In this document: piece by piece, positions 62,480-64,000 of the stretch
Layout: each line of letters starts with the position of its first letter
Position numbering within the stretch: the stretch's first letter is position 1
Assembly (NCBI GenBank): GCA_950061135.1
Contig: CATLVU010000002.1
Location: 3 to 64,002, forward strand
From: an uncultured Oligoflexia bacterium
Lineage (GTDB): Bacteria > Bdellovibrionota > Bacteriovoracia > Bacteriovoracales > Bacteriovoracaceae
Direction: 5' to 3'
DNA: 64,000 nt
Made by a program: the position numbers and the translations under genes
The notes under the pieces: model-generated
Told to the model about the DNA's origin: nothing
Seen by the model: the letters and a program-made list of their open reading frames with translations, nothing else
Database searches by the model: none

Positions 62480-63253
62480 ATGAGTGATAGGTATTTAAAC
62501 ATTTTAAAAGACGGCCTAGAAAAAAGACAAAGTAAGAATCCTCGTTATTCTCTAAGGTCTTATGCTAAAGACTTAGGAATAAATAGTTCTACTTTGAGCC
62601 AAGTTTTAAGAAATAAACGTAAGCTCCCAGAAAAGTATGTTGAGCAGATAATAGATAAACTCCGACTAGATAGCCCAACTAAAGAGGCTTTTTTACAAAG
62701 CTATGATTTATCAAATAGTTTTTTGGACAAAATAGATTTAGGTATTATTGATCGGAAGATTCAATTAGAAGACACTCAGTATGCTTTGATTGCAGAGTGG
62801 GAATACTTTACTATCTTGCAGATGTTTGATCTCACTAATTTCAAATTTGAGACAGCTAATATAGCAAAAAGACTGAATATTACAGAGCAAAGAGTAAGTG
62901 AAGTTTTAAGTGGTTTAAGTGATGCAGGTTTAATAGAAAAAAATAGTGATCACTCATATGCTAAGAAGTACGATCACGTTAAGACTCGTGATGAAATTGC
63001 ATCAAAGGCTCTCACTGAATCCCATCATCAAACTTTGGAAATGGCAAAGGAAAAACTTGAGCTGAAACTTAGTGAACGTGATTACTCCTCGTTAGTATTT
63101 GCTATGGACAAAAGTAAAATAGAGCTGGCAAAGAGAATTATTCGAGAGTTTCGTTTAAAGATGACTGAGTTGTGTAAGGATGGTAATAAAACTGAGGTTT
63201 ATCAACTCGCAATTCAATTGTTTCCAATGACAGAGGTAGACAAGAATGAATAA
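62480..63253 (+). CDS. TIGR02147/DUF4423-like HTH protein
   Basis: N-terminus NPRYSLRSYAKDLGINSSTLSQVLRNKRKL is the family-typical HTH opening. ATG 62480 (MSDRY) is preferred over the upstream TTG in the ORF track. Confidence 0.65.
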   Translation: MSDRYLNILKDGLEKRQSKNPRYSLRSYAKDLGINSSTLSQVLRNKRKLPEKYVEQIIDKLRLDSPTKEAFLQSYDLSNSFLDKIDLGIIDRKIQLEDTQYALIAEWEYFTILQMFDLTNFKFETANIAKRLNITEQRVSEVLSGLSDAGLIEKNSDHSYAKKYDHVKTRDEIASKALTESHHQTLEMAKEKLELKLSERDYSSLVFAMDKSKIELAKRIIREFRLKMTELCKDGNKTEVYQLAIQLFPMTEVDKNE

Positions 63254-64000
63254 TATACAAATAATTCTTTTGGCACTTTTATTTTCATTCAATGTTTTTT
63301 CAGGAGGAGAAAAAGGTAATGGAGGAGGCGCATGGGTGTGCCTTAATAACTCTGGCGATAAAATTAGGTGGATCAAGCTTCTTGACACTTTCGAAGCTGA
63401 AAATGAATTTGGATATAAATTAATTTCAGCGGGGCTAACGGCCAAAGAATATAAACTAAGCGTCTTTCGAAAGCTTAAACGATATAATGGAGACCTCTTT
63501 AATAAGTTGAGTTCTTTGTTAAATGAAATTGAGAGTAATACTTTTTTTACCCTCTCTGAATTAGACATTGTTAAAGATCATTTTTATAGAGTCAGGCCTT
63601 CTCGGAGTCTATGTAGAAGTGGTCATGTGAAGTATGCTCAAGTCGCAAATATGACACCTGATGAAAGGTTACTTATATCATCAGAGCTTTATTATCATTT
63701 AAGTGCAAGAGATAAGGCGGCATTATATATACATGAATTAGTATACTTCTACCTTCGGGTCGAGTTTGGCGATACTCACTCAAAGAGAGCAAGAGAGATT
63801 GTTGGCGCACTATTCTCAGAGCTAAGCGATGATGAGTTAAAGAAAATATTAAACAGAACCTTTATTAATATAGATAAGCAGAGTTTTGTATTAATTCAGA
63901 AAAATGATTTTTGGATGGGAAGATCATTGTTTGAAAATGTCGAAAATACGAGTGAGAGAAGATACTTTTATTCACTTAAAGAAGATTATGAGATTATGGT
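63246..64000 (+). CDS. secreted protein, 5'-partial view (runs off the window); the tail may open an FGE/SUMF1-like domain
   Basis: ATG 63246 overlaps the upstream stop (ATGAATAA). Signal peptide MNNIQIILLALLFSFNVFS. I translated the frame by hand to position 63998 without a stop. The last residues, FVLIQKNDFWMGRS, resemble the start of formylglycine-generating-enzyme-type domains. It is absent from the ORF track because it has no stop. Confidence 0.55.
   Translation, partial: MNNIQIILLALLFSFNVFSGGEKGNGGGAWVCLNNSGDKIRWIKLLDTFEAENEFGYKLISAGLTAKEYKLSVFRKLKRYNGDLFNKLSSLLNEIESNTFFTLSELDIVKDHFYRVRPSRSLCRSGHVKYAQVANMTPDERLLISSELYYHLSARDKAALYIHELVYFYLRVEFGDTHSKRAREIVGALFSELSDDELKKILNRTFINIDKQSFVLIQKNDFWMGRSLFENVENTSERRYFYSLKEDYEIM

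Noticed and set aside
63155-63568. 137-aa minus-strand ORF near the window end
   Set aside because: It overlaps two plus-strand genes that are translationally coupled (ATGAATAA) and have a signal peptide and an HTH motif. The antisense product is Ser/Leu-rich with no motif.
1-64000. Searched by eye for CRISPR repeats, IS/transposase or integrase genes, tRNA/rRNA genes, toxin-antitoxin pairs and known phage-defence enzymes
   Set aside because: I found none. The intergenic regions are all under about 200 nt. No ORF shows DDE/tyrosine-recombinase, Cas, reverse-transcriptase or helicase-nuclease defence signatures. The PLD+EEP pair is better explained as a ClsB/YbhP-type lipid module.

Overview
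AT-rich (about one-third G+C by eye), very gene-dense bacterial chromosomal window with roughly 72 protein-coding genes. I found no rRNA, tRNA, CRISPR array, transposase, integrase or prophage genes by eye. All calls rest on motif and architecture recognition in the supplied translations plus manual reading of the intergenic DNA; no homology search was possible. The gene content (PomA/PomB-like stator, TIGR02147/DUF4423-like regulator, many secreted proteins of unknown function, low GC) suggests a marine Bdellovibrio-like predator (Bacteriovoracaceae/Halobacteriovorax-like), but that is only a tentative inference. Layout: (i) 0-8 kb is a seven-gene, translationally coupled envelope operon with no recognisable family. 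It includes a bitopic protein with FliG/MgtE_N-like cytoplasmic repeats and two paralogous membrane 'pseudo-histidine-kinase' proteins, and it is my best candidate for an undescribed system. (ii) 9.7-14.4 kb is a housekeeping block: a fused S6-S18 ribosomal protein gene, DUF2232, rplI, dnaB and a pabB-like gene. (iii) 14.6-16.5 kb holds a small acidic ORF plus the PomAB-like stator. (iv) 16.5-27.7 kb is mixed housekeeping and envelope genes (rluA-family, WYL regulator + CPBP protease, miaB, M1-like peptidase, EamA, gshB-like, DUF2147). (v) 27.9-31.5 kb holds a divergent ECF-sigma-like gene, a TonB-like gene, a third pseudo-kinase paralog and a stand-alone receiver. (vi) 31.6-40.5 kb holds MATE, an LTA-synthase-family sulfatase, aroC, an orphan ABC ATPase, MFS, an aldehyde dehydrogenase and DUF1338/HglS-like. 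(vii) 40.5-60.6 kb is an oxygen/stress-response island: four USP genes, Hsp20, a FixL-like PAS kinase, a receiver::Crp fusion, a FixK-like Crp/Fnr regulator, three small cytochromes c, and ccoI-ccoS-ccoNO-ccoQ-ccoP-ccoG. Six TGAT-N4-ATCA-type boxes sit upstream of its operons. (viii) 60.7-64 kb holds secreted proteins of unknown function and a TIGR02147-like regulator.
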